Part shown: positions 50,880-61,033 of the stretch, in pieces | How positions within the stretch are numbered: the stretch's first letter is position 1 | Layout of the letters: the number at the start of each line of letters is the position of its first letter | From: Candidatus Methanomethylophilaceae archaeon | GTDB lineage: Archaea; Thermoplasmatota; Thermoplasmata; Methanomassiliicoccales; Methanomethylophilaceae | Assembly (NCBI GenBank): GCA_944320495.1 | Contig: CALUHR010000013.1 | Span: 32,001 to 96,000, forward strand | Direction of reading: 5' to 3' | Length of the DNA stretch: 64,000 nt | Translations under genes and position numbers: made by a program | The notes under the pieces: generated by a model | What the model was told of the DNA's origin: nothing | What the model saw: only the letters and a program-made list of their open reading frames with translations | Database searches by the model: none

Positions 50880-52916
50880 TCACATCCCCCCCAGGATCAT
50901 GGCGATGACGACGAACAGCGCGGCGAGCACGGAGACTCCGAGCAGGATGACCGCGGTGTAGTCGTGGACGTTACCGGTCTGCATCTTGCTGATGGTGTCT
51001 CCTCCGCCGACGACGGCCGCGGACAGCCCGTTGACGGTGCCGTCGATGACCTGCCTGTCGACATAGTTGACTCCCTTGGCAACTCCGTATCCGAACTTCC
51101 AGGAGACCCAGTTGTAGAACTCGGGGAAGTACCACCTGTTGGCGAGGACCTTGTAGAGTCCGGACTCGCCGTGCTTGTTGAACCTGCCGGGGTCCACGGT
51201 CTTCTTCGCGTACATGAGGTAGGCGATGCCGATACCCAGGAGGGCCAGCACGATGGTGAGGTAGGTGTACGGGTTGGTGAACAGGTGCTCGAAGTAGTGG
51301 ACCATTCCACCGGCATGACCGCCACCGACGATGAACGCGGTGTCGGTGACCTCGAACGAGACCATGCCGTCGAGGCCGAACATGATGAGGAATCCGCTCA
51401 GGACGGCGAAGACCGAGAGGATGACCAGCGGAGCGGTCATAGTCTTGGGGGACTCGCCGTGGCAGTGCTGGGTGTTGGCACCCTCCTCGCCCATGAAGGT
51501 CATGAACCACATGCGGAACATGTAGAACGCGGTCATGAACGCGGTGATGACTGCGAGCAGCCACAGGACGGTGAACCAGATGGTCTGGTCCCCGGCCTCG
51601 AGGGCGATGTCGAGGACGAGATCCTTGGACCAGAATCCGCTGAAGAGCGGGAATCCGGCGATGGACAGCGAACCGAGCAGCATGGTGATCGAGGTGATCT
51701 TCATGTGCTTGCCCAGGCCGCCCATCAGGCGCATGTCCTCGGTGCCCACGGAGTGGATCACGGATCCGGAGCACATGAACAGCAGGGCCTTGAAGAAGGC
51801 GTGGTTCATCATGTGGAAGCATCCGGCGGTGAATCCGGCGGTACCGGCGGCGATGAGGGCGGTTCCCTCGGCTCCTCCCATGTCCATTCCGAGAGCCACG
51901 AGGTAACCTCCGGCTCCCAGGGCCAGGATCATGTATCCGAGCTGGGACACGGTGGAGAAGGCCAGGACCTTCTTGATGTTGTAGTTATTGAGCGCCATGG
52001 TGGCCGCGAAGAACGCGGTGACTCCTCCGATGATACCGACGAACAGCATGACCTCGGGGTCCTGGATGAACAGGGGGTATCCCCTCGCGACGAGGTAGAC
52101 ACCGGCCTTGACCATTGTCGCGGCGTGGATCAGAGAGGAGACGGTGGTCGGACCGGCCATCGCATCCGGCAGCCAGTCGTGGAGCGGGAACTGGGCGCTC
52201 TTTCCGATGACTCCGCCGAACACGAGGAGCATTCCGAGCGTGATCATGGTGGAGTCGGCGTTGGCGATGTTGGCGGGGTCGAACAGCTCGGTGTAGTCCA
52301 GGCTGTGGAACTCGCCAAGCAGGATGAACAGGCCGGCCATGAGGCAGACGTCTCCCATCCTGGTGACGAGGAAGGCTTTCTTGGCGGCGGAGGCCGCGTT
52401 TGCGGAGGCCGCGTCGCCGTCGTTGTGCCTGAAGGACCAGAACCCGATGAGCAGGTACGAGCACAGTCCCATGACCTCCCAGAAGATGAACATCTCGAGG
52501 AAGTTGCTGGAGACGATGAGCCCGAGCATTCCGGTCAGGAACAGGGAGACCTCGGCGTAGTACCTGGTCTTCCTGGCGCCCTCGGCGTGCATGTATCCGA
52601 TGGAGTAGATGAAGATCAGGGTCGAGATGAACGACGAGAACAGCATCATCATGCAGGTGAGGCCGTCCACGTAGTATCCGAGGTTGATCTCGAAGTCTCC
52701 GATGGCGAACCATGCGATCTGAGAGGTCACAGGCTCCGGATAGGCGTCGCCGGTGAGGTACTCGTACGCGATGAGCGCGGAAATGATGAACGAGAGCAGG
52801 GCTCCCGCGATAGCGATGTAGCCGCCTTTCTCGGGCGTCTTCCTGCCGAGGAGACCCACGATCAGGAAGCACAGCATCGGGATGAGGGGCACGAGCCATG
52901 TGTATTCTATGAACAT
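50880..52916 (-). CDS. fpoL: Fpo-like complex subunit L
   Basis: GKSAQFPLHDWLPDAMAGPTTVSSLIHAATMV. Confidence 0.96.
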   Translation of the reverse strand: MFIEYTWLVPLIPMLCFLIVGLLGRKTPEKGGYIAIAGALLSFIISALIAYEYLTGDAYPEPVTSQIAWFAIGDFEINLGYYVDGLTCMMMLFSSFISTLIFIYSIGYMHAEGARKTRYYAEVSLFLTGMLGLIVSSNFLEMFIFWEVMGLCSYLLIGFWSFRHNDGDAASANAASAAKKAFLVTRMGDVCLMAGLFILLGEFHSLDYTELFDPANIANADSTMITLGMLLVFGGVIGKSAQFPLHDWLPDAMAGPTTVSSLIHAATMVKAGVYLVARGYPLFIQDPEVMLFVGIIGGVTAFFAATMALNNYNIKKVLAFSTVSQLGYMILALGAGGYLVALGMDMGGAEGTALIAAGTAGFTAGCFHMMNHAFFKALLFMCSGSVIHSVGTEDMRLMGGLGKHMKITSITMLLGSLSIAGFPLFSGFWSKDLVLDIALEAGDQTIWFTVLWLLAVITAFMTAFYMFRMWFMTFMGEEGANTQHCHGESPKTMTAPLVILSVFAVLSGFLIMFGLDGMVSFEVTDTAFIVGGGHAGGMVHYFEHLFTNPYTYLTIVLALLGIGIAYLMYAKKTVDPGRFNKHGESGLYKVLANRWYFPEFYNWVSWKFGYGVAKGVNYVDRQVIDGTVNGLSAAVVGGGDTISKMQTGNVHDYTAVILLGVSVLAALFVVIAMILGGM

Positions 52917-52918
52917 GC

Positions 52919-53227
52919 TTACCACCTCATGGATGTGAGACCGTCCTCGTCGAGTTCGGTCGTCTTCCTCATCTTGTAGGCGTTCAGCAGGATGGCGATA
53001 CCGACTGCGACCTCGGCTGCGGCGACGGTGATCGTCATGATGACGAAGACCTGCCCCATGATGTCGGGGTGGTACGCTCCGAACGCGACGAAGTTGATGT
53101 TGGCGGCGTTGAGCATCAGCTCGATGCACATCAGGACGATGATGGCGTTGCTCTTGGTGGCGACGCCGTACGCTCCGATGGCGAACAGGATGGCTCCGAG
53201 GATGAGGAAGTACTCAAGCGGAATCAT
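52919..53227 (-). CDS. fpoK: Fpo-like complex subunit K
   Basis: IELMLNAANIN, AAAEVAVG; TAA stop. Confidence 0.95.
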   Translation of the reverse strand: MIPLEYFLILGAILFAIGAYGVATKSNAIIVLMCIELMLNAANINFVAFGAYHPDIMGQVFVIMTITVAAAEVAVGIAILLNAYKMRKTTELDEDGLTSMRW

Positions 53228-53540
53228 CGTTCTCTGCCTCCTCTCTCGAAATGACCACTCCGCCGACCATCGCGCCGAACATGAGCAGCGCGAGCGGGAT
53301 CAGGACCAGGCCGTACTTCTCGAAGATGTTGTACGGGAGACTGGTCTCCTTGAGGTCGCCGTTCTCGTCATAGATGCCGTCCTCGTCCCCGGTGTTGAAC
53401 GTGGGGCCGCCCGGCAGGGGGGTGTCGGTGGTCGTGTAGTCGTCCCAGTCGACCGAGGCGATGCCGATCACGAGGACTGCCAGCAGCAGGACCGCGGCGG
53501 TCGCTCCGATCGCGACCTTCTTGTTGACTCCCTTACTCAT
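53214..53540 (-). CDS. fpoJ: Fpo-like complex subunit J, C-terminal part (J2)
   Basis: IFEKYGLVLIPLALLMFGAMVGGVVI resembles the NuoJ C-terminal helix; lies between J1 and K. Confidence 0.75.
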   Translation of the reverse strand: MSKGVNKKVAIGATAAVLLLAVLVIGIASVDWDDYTTTDTPLPGGPTFNTGDEDGIYDENGDLKETSLPYNIFEKYGLVLIPLALLMFGAMVGGVVISREEAENDDSA

Positions 53541-53874
53541 TGGAGTCTCCCTCCTTCTTCATGATGTACCTCCTCGTCAGCATGATGCTGAAGGCGAAGA
53601 GGATGGTGATCGCACCGACGTACACCAGGATCTGGATGACGCCGATGAACTCCGCCTCGAGGAAGAAGTAGACGAACCCGACGCACAGGAACACCAGTGC
53701 CAGGTAGAACGCGCTGTGGACGACCTCCTTGTCAGTCACAACGTACAGCGCTGCGAGGACCGCGATGGCGGCCAGGATGAAGAACGCAACCAGGTCCAGA
53801 TTGCTCAGGAGGAAGTTGCTGAAGTCACCCGTTCCCTCGCAGAACGCGTTCCAAATGTCTCTTGCTATTGCCAT
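53533..53874 (-). CDS. fpoJ: Fpo-like complex subunit J, N-terminal part (J1)
   Basis: VVHSAFYL, AEFIGVIQILVYVGAITILFAF; TAA stop. Confidence 0.9.
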   Translation of the reverse strand: MAIARDIWNAFCEGTGDFSNFLLSNLDLVAFFILAAIAVLAALYVVTDKEVVHSAFYLALVFLCVGFVYFFLEAEFIGVIQILVYVGAITILFAFSIMLTRRYIMKKEGDSNE

Positions 53875-54617
53875 CACAGCACCTCCTTCATGACGAGCGC
53901 GTCCTTCGGACAGTCGTCGATGCAGTTGCTGCAGCTGATGCACTTGACCTCGTCGATGACGGGGCGGAGGATCGGTTTGCCGGTCTTCTCGTTGGTTCCC
54001 TTCTCCACCATCTGGATGGCGTCGACGGGGCAGACCTTGGCGCACTTCTTGCAGCCGATGCACTTGGCGTCGGTCAGCTCCGGCCTGTCGAGACTGAACA
54101 CGGACACGCGCCTCTCGGCGTTGCCGTTGTCGATGTCCGACTGCAGAGTGACCTCCAGCTTGACCTTCATGCCCTCGGTGGTCTTGTCGTACGCGAGCCT
54201 GCGGGGTCCGTACAGCAGGTCGAACCTGGTGAACTCGGCGAGCTCGTACTCGGGGGTGACGGTCATGGCGTCGACGGGGCAGTACTCGGCGCAGTATCCG
54301 CACATGGCGCACCTGCCGAGGTTGACCTGAGGCCTCTTGACGGTCTTGCCGTCGGCGGCCTCTGAGTCGACGATCTTGATGCACGCGGTGGGGCACATGC
54401 GGGCGCACATGCCGCATCCGACGCATTTGTCGAAATCGAGTCCCGGGCGTCCGCGATAGTTGTCCGGCACCCACTCCTTCTCGTAGGGGTACAGGACGGT
54501 GACCGGCCTGTGGAAGACGGTCTTCGCGAAGAGCTTCAGGACGTGCCACTGGGGTTTGATGACCCAGAGTCCCCTCGCTGTGCTGCGGGGGTACTTTTCG
54601 AGATACTTCATAGCCAT
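53874..54617 (-). CDS. fpoI: Fpo-like complex subunit I with four [4Fe-4S] motifs
   Basis: YPYEK..P.NYRGR; CVGCGMCARMCP, CAMCGYCAEYCP, CIGCKKCAKVCP, CISCSNCIDDCP. Confidence 0.93.
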   Translation of the reverse strand: MAMKYLEKYPRSTARGLWVIKPQWHVLKLFAKTVFHRPVTVLYPYEKEWVPDNYRGRPGLDFDKCVGCGMCARMCPTACIKIVDSEAADGKTVKRPQVNLGRCAMCGYCAEYCPVDAMTVTPEYELAEFTRFDLLYGPRRLAYDKTTEGMKVKLEVTLQSDIDNGNAERRVSVFSLDRPELTDAKCIGCKKCAKVCPVDAIQMVEKGTNEKTGKPILRPVIDEVKCISCSNCIDDCPKDALVMKEVL

Positions 54618-55804
54618 CGGAAGAACCCTCCTACCTTGAGCAGCAGAACGACTGCCAGGTTGATCACGGACAGGGGCATGAAGACCTTCCATCCGATGTT
54701 GACGATCTGGTCGGGCCTGACACGTCCGAGGGCGGCCCTCACGAGGATCATGAGGAAGAACACGAACCAGGTCTTCAGCAGGAACACGATCTCGGGTATG
54801 GGGCCGTTTCCGATGATGGGGAGCGCCCATCCGCCGAGGTACATGATTGTGACCATGGCGCACGCGACGTAGCCTCTGAAGTAGTCGGCCAGCATGATGA
54901 GACCCCACTTCATTCCGGCGTACTCGGTCTGCCATCCCTCGACCAGCTCGGCCTCTGCCTCGGCGATATCGAAGGGCACACGCTCGGACTCCGCTGTGGC
55001 GCAGAAGAAGAACGTGATGAAACCGATGATCTGCGGGATGAAGTACCAGACGGTCTCGTACTGGGCGTCCACAATGTCGCCGATGTTGAAGCTGCCGGCG
55101 AGCAGGGCGGTGGTCGCGATCATGATGAGCATCGGGACCTCATAGGAGATCATCAGCTCGGCCGCACGCATACCTCCGATCATGGCGTACTTGTTGTTCT
55201 GGGACCATCCGGACACAAGGATGAAGAACGGGGCCAGGGCGAAGAACGCCATGATGATCAGGAGACCGGAATCGTAGTTGACGACGAACCATCTCTGGGA
55301 CAGAGGGATCATACAGGCGAGCAGGACGGAGACACCGATGACCAGGGACACAGTCCACATGTAGGTCATGTTGTCGACCTTCTTCGGGATGGTGTTCTCC
55401 TTCATGAAGGTCTTGAGACCGTCGGCAACGCACTGGAGGAATCCCTTCATTCCCACCATGGTTCCCCTTCTGTCCATCATCCTACCGAGGCACTTACGCT
55501 CCATCCATAGGGAGATGAGCGTACATACGAACACCACGATGAAGACGATGAGCATGAAGATTATCAGCGACAGGAGGACGCACACGGGCTCGCTCATGAG
55601 CCAGTCCGACACGGGGTTCTCCGGGAAGATCAGGTTGATGAGCCAGGCGAGGGCTCCTCCGATGATCTTCCAGAGGCCGTACGAGATGGCGAACGGCAGG
55701 TTGTAGACGTCCTCGAACGGGTAGTACGCGTTGTCCATCACGTACTGGCCGTTGAAGTCGATGAAATCCAGGATGCTTGTGTATTCCACTACCACGCTGA
55801 TCAC
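54617..55804 (-). CDS. fpoH: Fpo-like complex subunit H (ends at CGA overlapping fpoI ATG)
   Basis: ERK...R.G, ADGLK, GGMRAA...SYE, R.PFDIAEAE.ELV.G..TEY; start (GTG 55804 or 55795) uncertain. Confidence 0.93.
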
Positions 55805-56964
55805 CTGTCGGTTTCTCCGAGGCACATGTCGATCTGGGCGAGGACGGCCGGAACATCGGCGATCCTGACGCCCTGGCACTGCAGCTTGGCGGAGGATACG
55901 TTCGTGAAGATCGGACTGCGGACCTTGAGCCTGTAGGGCTTGTCGGTTCCGTCGGACACGAGGTACATGAGGGACTCGCCGCGCGGGTCCTCCATCCTCA
56001 TGAAGTGGGTTCCGGCGGGGACCCTGGACGGGGCCTTGACCCTGTAGGGGGCGTTCTTCCCGAGAGCCTGGATCTTCTTCACGGCCTGCCTGATGATCTC
56101 GCAGGACTGGAACATCTCCTCGGTACGGATCATGTACCTGGCGTAGGAATCGCCCTCGGTCAGCACGGGGACCTCGAAGTCGACCTTGTCGTAGTTGTCG
56201 TAGGGGTCGTCCCTGCGGATATCGAAGTCGACGCCGCATCCCCTCATGGCGGGGCCGGTGAGTCCGACGTTGGCGGCCTGCTCCCTGGTGATGTAGCTGA
56301 TGCCTTTCATCCTCGATACGATGATCGAGCTGTCGTCCATCAGCGCGATGATCTCCCAGAGGGCCTTCTCGAACCTGTCGACGGTGCGGAGGATGTCCCT
56401 GTCGAAGAGCTCGGTGGTGTCGTTGCGGACACCTCCGATCCTCGGGTAGTTGGTGGTCATCCTGGCTCCGCAGAGCTTGACGTTCAGGTCGAGGAAGTAC
56501 TCCCTCTCCCTCATGGCCCACAGGAAGACGGTCAGGTTACCGAGGTCGGTACCTACCGCGGCGAGCCACATGAGGTGCGAGTTGATGCGGCAGACCTCGT
56601 CCGCCACGATCCTGATGTACTTGGCCTTCTCCGGGATGTCCATCCCGAGGGCCTTCTCGACCGTCATGCAGTACAGGTGGGTGTAGGTCATCGAGGCGGC
56701 GTAGCAGAGACGGTCCGCCATGGGGATGATCTTGGGATAGGTCCTGTTCTCGGTCTCCTTCTCCCACCCCCTGTGCAGGTAGCCGACGATGGGCTCCGCA
56801 TCAACGCAGATCTCTCCGTCGACCTTGATCTTCAGGGTCCACAGTCCGTGCGAGAACGGGTGCTGGGGTCCCATGATGATCCACATCTTGTCGGTTTCCA
56901 TCTTGTCGGCCTGCTGCTGGAGCTTCTCCTCGGCCGCAACGATGGGCGCTATTGAGTCAGCCAT
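55801..56964 (-). CDS. fpoD: Fpo-like complex subunit D
   Basis: GPQHP.SHG, GYLHRG.EK, E.PRGE, K.RSP, D.CLGE.DR. Confidence 0.95.
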   Translation of the reverse strand: MADSIAPIVAAEEKLQQQADKMETDKMWIIMGPQHPFSHGLWTLKIKVDGEICVDAEPIVGYLHRGWEKETENRTYPKIIPMADRLCYAASMTYTHLYCMTVEKALGMDIPEKAKYIRIVADEVCRINSHLMWLAAVGTDLGNLTVFLWAMREREYFLDLNVKLCGARMTTNYPRIGGVRNDTTELFDRDILRTVDRFEKALWEIIALMDDSSIIVSRMKGISYITREQAANVGLTGPAMRGCGVDFDIRRDDPYDNYDKVDFEVPVLTEGDSYARYMIRTEEMFQSCEIIRQAVKKIQALGKNAPYRVKAPSRVPAGTHFMRMEDPRGESLMYLVSDGTDKPYRLKVRSPIFTNVSSAKLQCQGVRIADVPAVLAQIDMCLGETDR

Positions 56965-57434
56965 CACTCCTGCCCCCTGAGCTTGTATGATTTCCTGAAC
57001 GGGAAGAACTCGTAGGTCTGAGGCGTGAGGAGCCTCTCGAGCTTCGGGTGACCGTCGAAGACGATTCCGAACAGCTCCCAGGTCTCCCTCTCGTGCCAGT
57101 TGACCCCCTCCCAGATGCAGGTGACGGAGTCCACGTGGGGATCGTCGTTGGGGATGTCGGCGGAGAGCTCGATCATGAGTCCGTTCCAGTAGTTGGACAG
57201 GTGGTAGACCACGGTGAGGTGGTCGACGTAGTCGACGCCGATGACGGTGGAGCAGTGCTCGAACGAGAGGTTGTCGTGGATGTACTGGCACACCTCGCGG
57301 ACCTTCTCCCTGGGGAGCTTCGCGAAGACCCTGCGGGCCTCGGTGCCGGTGACCTCCACCTCGGGGAACCTCTCGGTCAGGAGGGTTTTGACCTCCTCCT
57401 CGGTGGGTTTCTGGTAGACTGCGGACGTGTCCAT
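56964..57434 (-). CDS. fpoC: Fpo-like complex subunit C
   Basis: W.ERE.W..FGI.F.GHP.L.RLL, P.RK.Y. Confidence 0.93.
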   Translation of the reverse strand: MDTSAVYQKPTEEEVKTLLTERFPEVEVTGTEARRVFAKLPREKVREVCQYIHDNLSFEHCSTVIGVDYVDHLTVVYHLSNYWNGLMIELSADIPNDDPHVDSVTCIWEGVNWHERETWELFGIVFDGHPKLERLLTPQTYEFFPFRKSYKLRGQE

Positions 57435-57436
57435 TC

Positions 57437-58000
57437 TCAGTCCTCCAGGAACGCGCCTCTCCTGAAGTAGTCCTCGATCTTCTTCTGGAGCAGCATGAAT
57501 CCGTCGATCATGGCGTCGGGACGTGCGGGGCATCCGGGGATGTAGACATCCACGGGCACGATCTGGTCGAGGCCCTGCACGGTGTTGTAGGAGTCGTACC
57601 AGGGTCCGCCGGAGATGGCGCACTCGCCCATGGCCACGACCCACTTGGGGTTGGGGATCTGCTCGTACAGACGCCTGAGGTCCGGACGGATCTTCTTGGA
57701 GATCCAGCCGTTGACGAGCAGGATATCGGTCTGCCTGGGGGACGAACGGTAGATCATACCGTAACGCTCGGCATCATACCTGGGGGCCGACGCGGCCGCC
57801 ATCTCCAGGGCGCAGCAAGCGAGACCCCAGTGCAGAGGGTGCATGGAGTTCTTCATCGCCCAGGACCAGATGGGTCCGGTCAGCTCGTCGATGGTCTTCT
57901 TGGTACCGGAGCTCAGAAGGTCGTTGATCATCGCATCGGACCACGACATGAACTCGTCGGCACTCATTGCCACCGCATGGGGGTAGAGGCTCATATCCAT
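57437..58000 (-). CDS. fpoB: Fpo-like complex subunit B
   Basis: GLACCALEM, SPRQ.D, MGECAISGG, DVYIPGCP. Confidence 0.96.
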   Translation of the reverse strand: MDMSLYPHAVAMSADEFMSWSDAMINDLLSSGTKKTIDELTGPIWSWAMKNSMHPLHWGLACCALEMAAASAPRYDAERYGMIYRSSPRQTDILLVNGWISKKIRPDLRRLYEQIPNPKWVVAMGECAISGGPWYDSYNTVQGLDQIVPVDVYIPGCPARPDAMIDGFMLLQKKIEDYFRRGAFLED

Positions 58001-58353
58001 ACGTTCTCCTCCTTTTTGAGTGAGTAGCATACCCCAAGAATCAGAATCGCGAAGAAGGCGATCATCATGACCTGAGCCGTTATCGACAGTCCGGAGAATG
58101 CGACTGCCCAGATCATGAGGAAGGTCGCGACCAGGTCGAATACCACGAAGATCAGTGCGAACGTGTAGTACTGGAACCTGAACTGGACCTGAGCCTCTCC
58201 GATCGGTTCGGAACCGCACTCGTAGGTGGATTCCATCCACTGAGTGGGTTTCTTGGGCCGGATGAACCTGGATGCCCACCATGCCAGCGGTGCGAAGCCC
58301 AGCGCGATGACTGCGACTATCGCCAATGGCATGTAAAATGCTACTAGAGACAT
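57991..58353 (-). CDS. fpoA: Fpo-like complex subunit A
   Basis: YECG..P.G, YY..ALIFVVFD. Confidence 0.93.
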   Translation of the reverse strand: MSLVAFYMPLAIVAVIALGFAPLAWWASRFIRPKKPTQWMESTYECGSEPIGEAQVQFRFQYYTFALIFVVFDLVATFLMIWAVAFSGLSITAQVMMIAFFAILILGVCYSLKKEENVWI

Positions 58354-58494
58354 TGGACGCGCGCACGGAGTTGCAGTATAAAATAACTAAGGAAGGCCAG
58401 CTTAAATTATATTTAAAAGAAAGAGGGGAGCGAGATAAGCCAGGACCCGGCGAATCGCCACACCTATTTAGTGGCACTGGGATGCCCATCCATC

Positions 58495-59304
58495 ATGACC
58501 GCACGCATCGGATTCATCGGCGCCGGGAAGATGGCCGAGGCCCTGATGGCCGGACTCCTGGCGAAGGGCGTATGCTCGAAGGACGACATCATCGCCTGCG
58601 CCCCCAGCGAGGGGACCAGGAGGCACATCTCGGAGACCTACGGGATCGCGATGTTCCAGACCGCCACCGAGGTGGTCTCCATGGTGGACGAGGTCGTCCT
58701 CGCCGTCAAGCCCGCGCAGGTCCGCACCGTGATGGTCGACGAGGGCGCCGCATCGGCCTTCAGGCCCGGGACCCTCCTCCTCAGCGTCGTCGCGGGGCTC
58801 ACCGTGAACGGCCTGAAATCATATGTGCCAGACGCAAAGATCGTGCGTGTCATGCCGAACCACTGCGTGGCCGTTCTGGAGGGCGCCATGGGCTACACCA
58901 CGGACGGCACGCTGACCCCCGAGGAGCTGAATGGAGTATCATCCATCCTGGGTTCCGTGGGCCTCGCCGTGCAGGTGCCCGAGGAGAAGATGGACGCCAT
59001 CACCGGCCTCGCCGGGAGCTCCCCCGCGTTCATATATCAGGTGATAGACGCGATGGCCGACGCTGGCGTGCTCAACGGCATCCCGAGGAGGGACGCCATA
59101 ACACTGGCCGCGCAGTCGGTGCTGGGGGCCGCCAAGATGGTTCTCGAGACCGGGAAGCACCCGGACCAGCTGAAGGACGAGGTCTGCTCCCCCGGCGGCA
59201 CCACCATCGAGGGCGTCCGCGCCGCGGAGGACATGGGACTCCGCTCCGCGATGATCGCCGCGGTGGATGCGGCGGTATCCAAGTCGAGGGAGATGAGCAG
59301 GCGA
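58495..59304 (+). CDS. proC: Pyrroline-5-carboxylate reductase (ends at CGA)
   Basis: FIGAGKMA, RVMPN, GSSPAF, VCSPGGTTI.G; CGA 59302-59304 gives 269 aa versus 455 aa in the ORF track. Confidence 0.95.
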
Positions 59305-61029
59305 TCGGCGCCTCAGGAACGACTTCGCGAGGCCCATGACCACCCTGGGACCGTTGGACCATATCGATCCGGCGTCCCAGTCCAGGTCCTTCTTGTTGGC
59401 GATGGTGGAGTTCATCATCCTGATGCCCTCCTCCTTCGTCTCCCACAGCTTCGCATCCCTCTCCCCCTGATCGGGGATGAGCATGATCTCGTCGATGCGG
59501 TGCATCAGCGAGCGGGCCTTCTCCGTGCGGTCGACCCTGTCGTCATAGACCTCCTTCGATGTGCGTCCCGCCTCGTGCTCGCATCTCGCGAGCTCGTTGG
59601 CCGCGTCGTAGGAGATCTCGGCGACGTCGTCCCTGGTCATCCACTTCGTCTCGTAGGACAGGACGTGCTTCCACGATGGGTTGTCCAGGAGCCTCCTGTG
59701 GTCCTCCAGCGTGTGGGCGCGGAGGGTGTATCCCCACTCGTCGGGATGCTCGAATATCCTGCTCCCGGGGTCGACGAAGGGCGCGAACGGGGCGTTGTAG
59801 ATGAACAGGTTGTCCTCCGGCCTGACCGAATCCCATAGCTTCTTGGAGGCTCTGGCACTGTTCATGGCGGACTCGCGGTCCTGGAACGGGAGACCGTTCA
59901 TGTAGAACAGGTCGAACCTGCTGCAACCGCATTCGAAGGCCGTCGGCACGGTGCGCTCGATGGCCTCGTTCGTATAGCCCTTCCCGAGCGCCGAGCGCAC
60001 GGCCTCGTCGTGGGAGTCGGGCGAGAACTCGATGGACCATCCGGCCTCCAGGGAGCGGTCGATCTCCGTGAAGTAGTCCGGTCCGGCGCCGTTGAAGAGC
60101 TCGATGACCACATGGTTCCTTATGCCGATCTCGCGGCACTCCCTGAGGAACCTGGTGGCGTAGTCGCGGCCGGCCTGCCTCAAGTCGCCCACGATGAACA
60201 CGGGAGTGTCAAGATAGGACTGAATGGACTCTATGTCCTGTGCGAGCCTCTCCGGGCTGCGGAACGCCGGCTTCCTCCTGCAGACGACGGTTCCGTTCGC
60301 GTAGTGGGAACCGCCGCACTCGGCGCAGTTGATGGAGCATCCGCGCACTGTGAACACGGAGGTCAGCGGGAGCCTGTCCCACCCGTACCACGGGAGGGCC
60401 CCTTTGATGTCCATGTTCCTGAGGACACCGCGGATCATCGTCCCGTAGTCGAACCTTATGGAATCCAGCGATTCCAGAGAATGGGACACGCCGTTGTCGT
60501 GCACCTTCCCCTCGGAGTCCTTCCAGACGAGGTTCGGCACCTCCGACAGGTCACCTCCCCTCTGCAGGACCTCCATCATCTTCACGGTCGGGACCTCGGT
60601 GGTGTCCCCGCACATGACCAGGTCCACCTCGGGACGGCGGATCAGCTCGTCCTTGAAGTAGGACGACGTGAGCCCCCCGAACTCGACCTTCGATTCGGGA
60701 TGGAGCCTCTTGACGATCTTCGCCAGCTCCAGCGCGCCGTGCGCGTGGGGCATCCAGTGGAGGTCTATGGCGAAGACGTCAGCATGGAGCTTGCGGATGC
60801 ATTCCTCGGCGTCGAAGCTGTCGCTCTGCAGCATCCGGACCGCGATGTTGACGATGCGGGTGCGGAAGCCTGCGGCCTCCAGCTCCGAGGAGATGGTCAT
60901 GAAGCCCACGGGGTACATCTCGAACACCGGGGACGACGGGATGACGTCGGACACCGGCCCGTAGAATATGGGCTTCTTGCGGAAATCGTAGACGCTGGGC
61001 GCATGCAGGAACACTATCTCCGTCTTCAA
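59305..61029 (-). CDS. B12-binding-domain radical SAM protein (MA_4551/TIGR04190-like; ends at CGA)
   Basis: FLHAPSVYDFR, PSSPVFEMYP.GF, DLHWMPHAHG, RGCSINCAECGG; CGA 59307-59305. Confidence 0.88.
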
Positions 61030-61033
61030 CCGA

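Noticed and set aside
12215-59307. GATC-methylation basecalling artefact as the cause of the CGA ends
   Set aside because: Only 10 of 21 cases have a CGATC context; the others are CGATG, CGATT, CGAG and CGAC.
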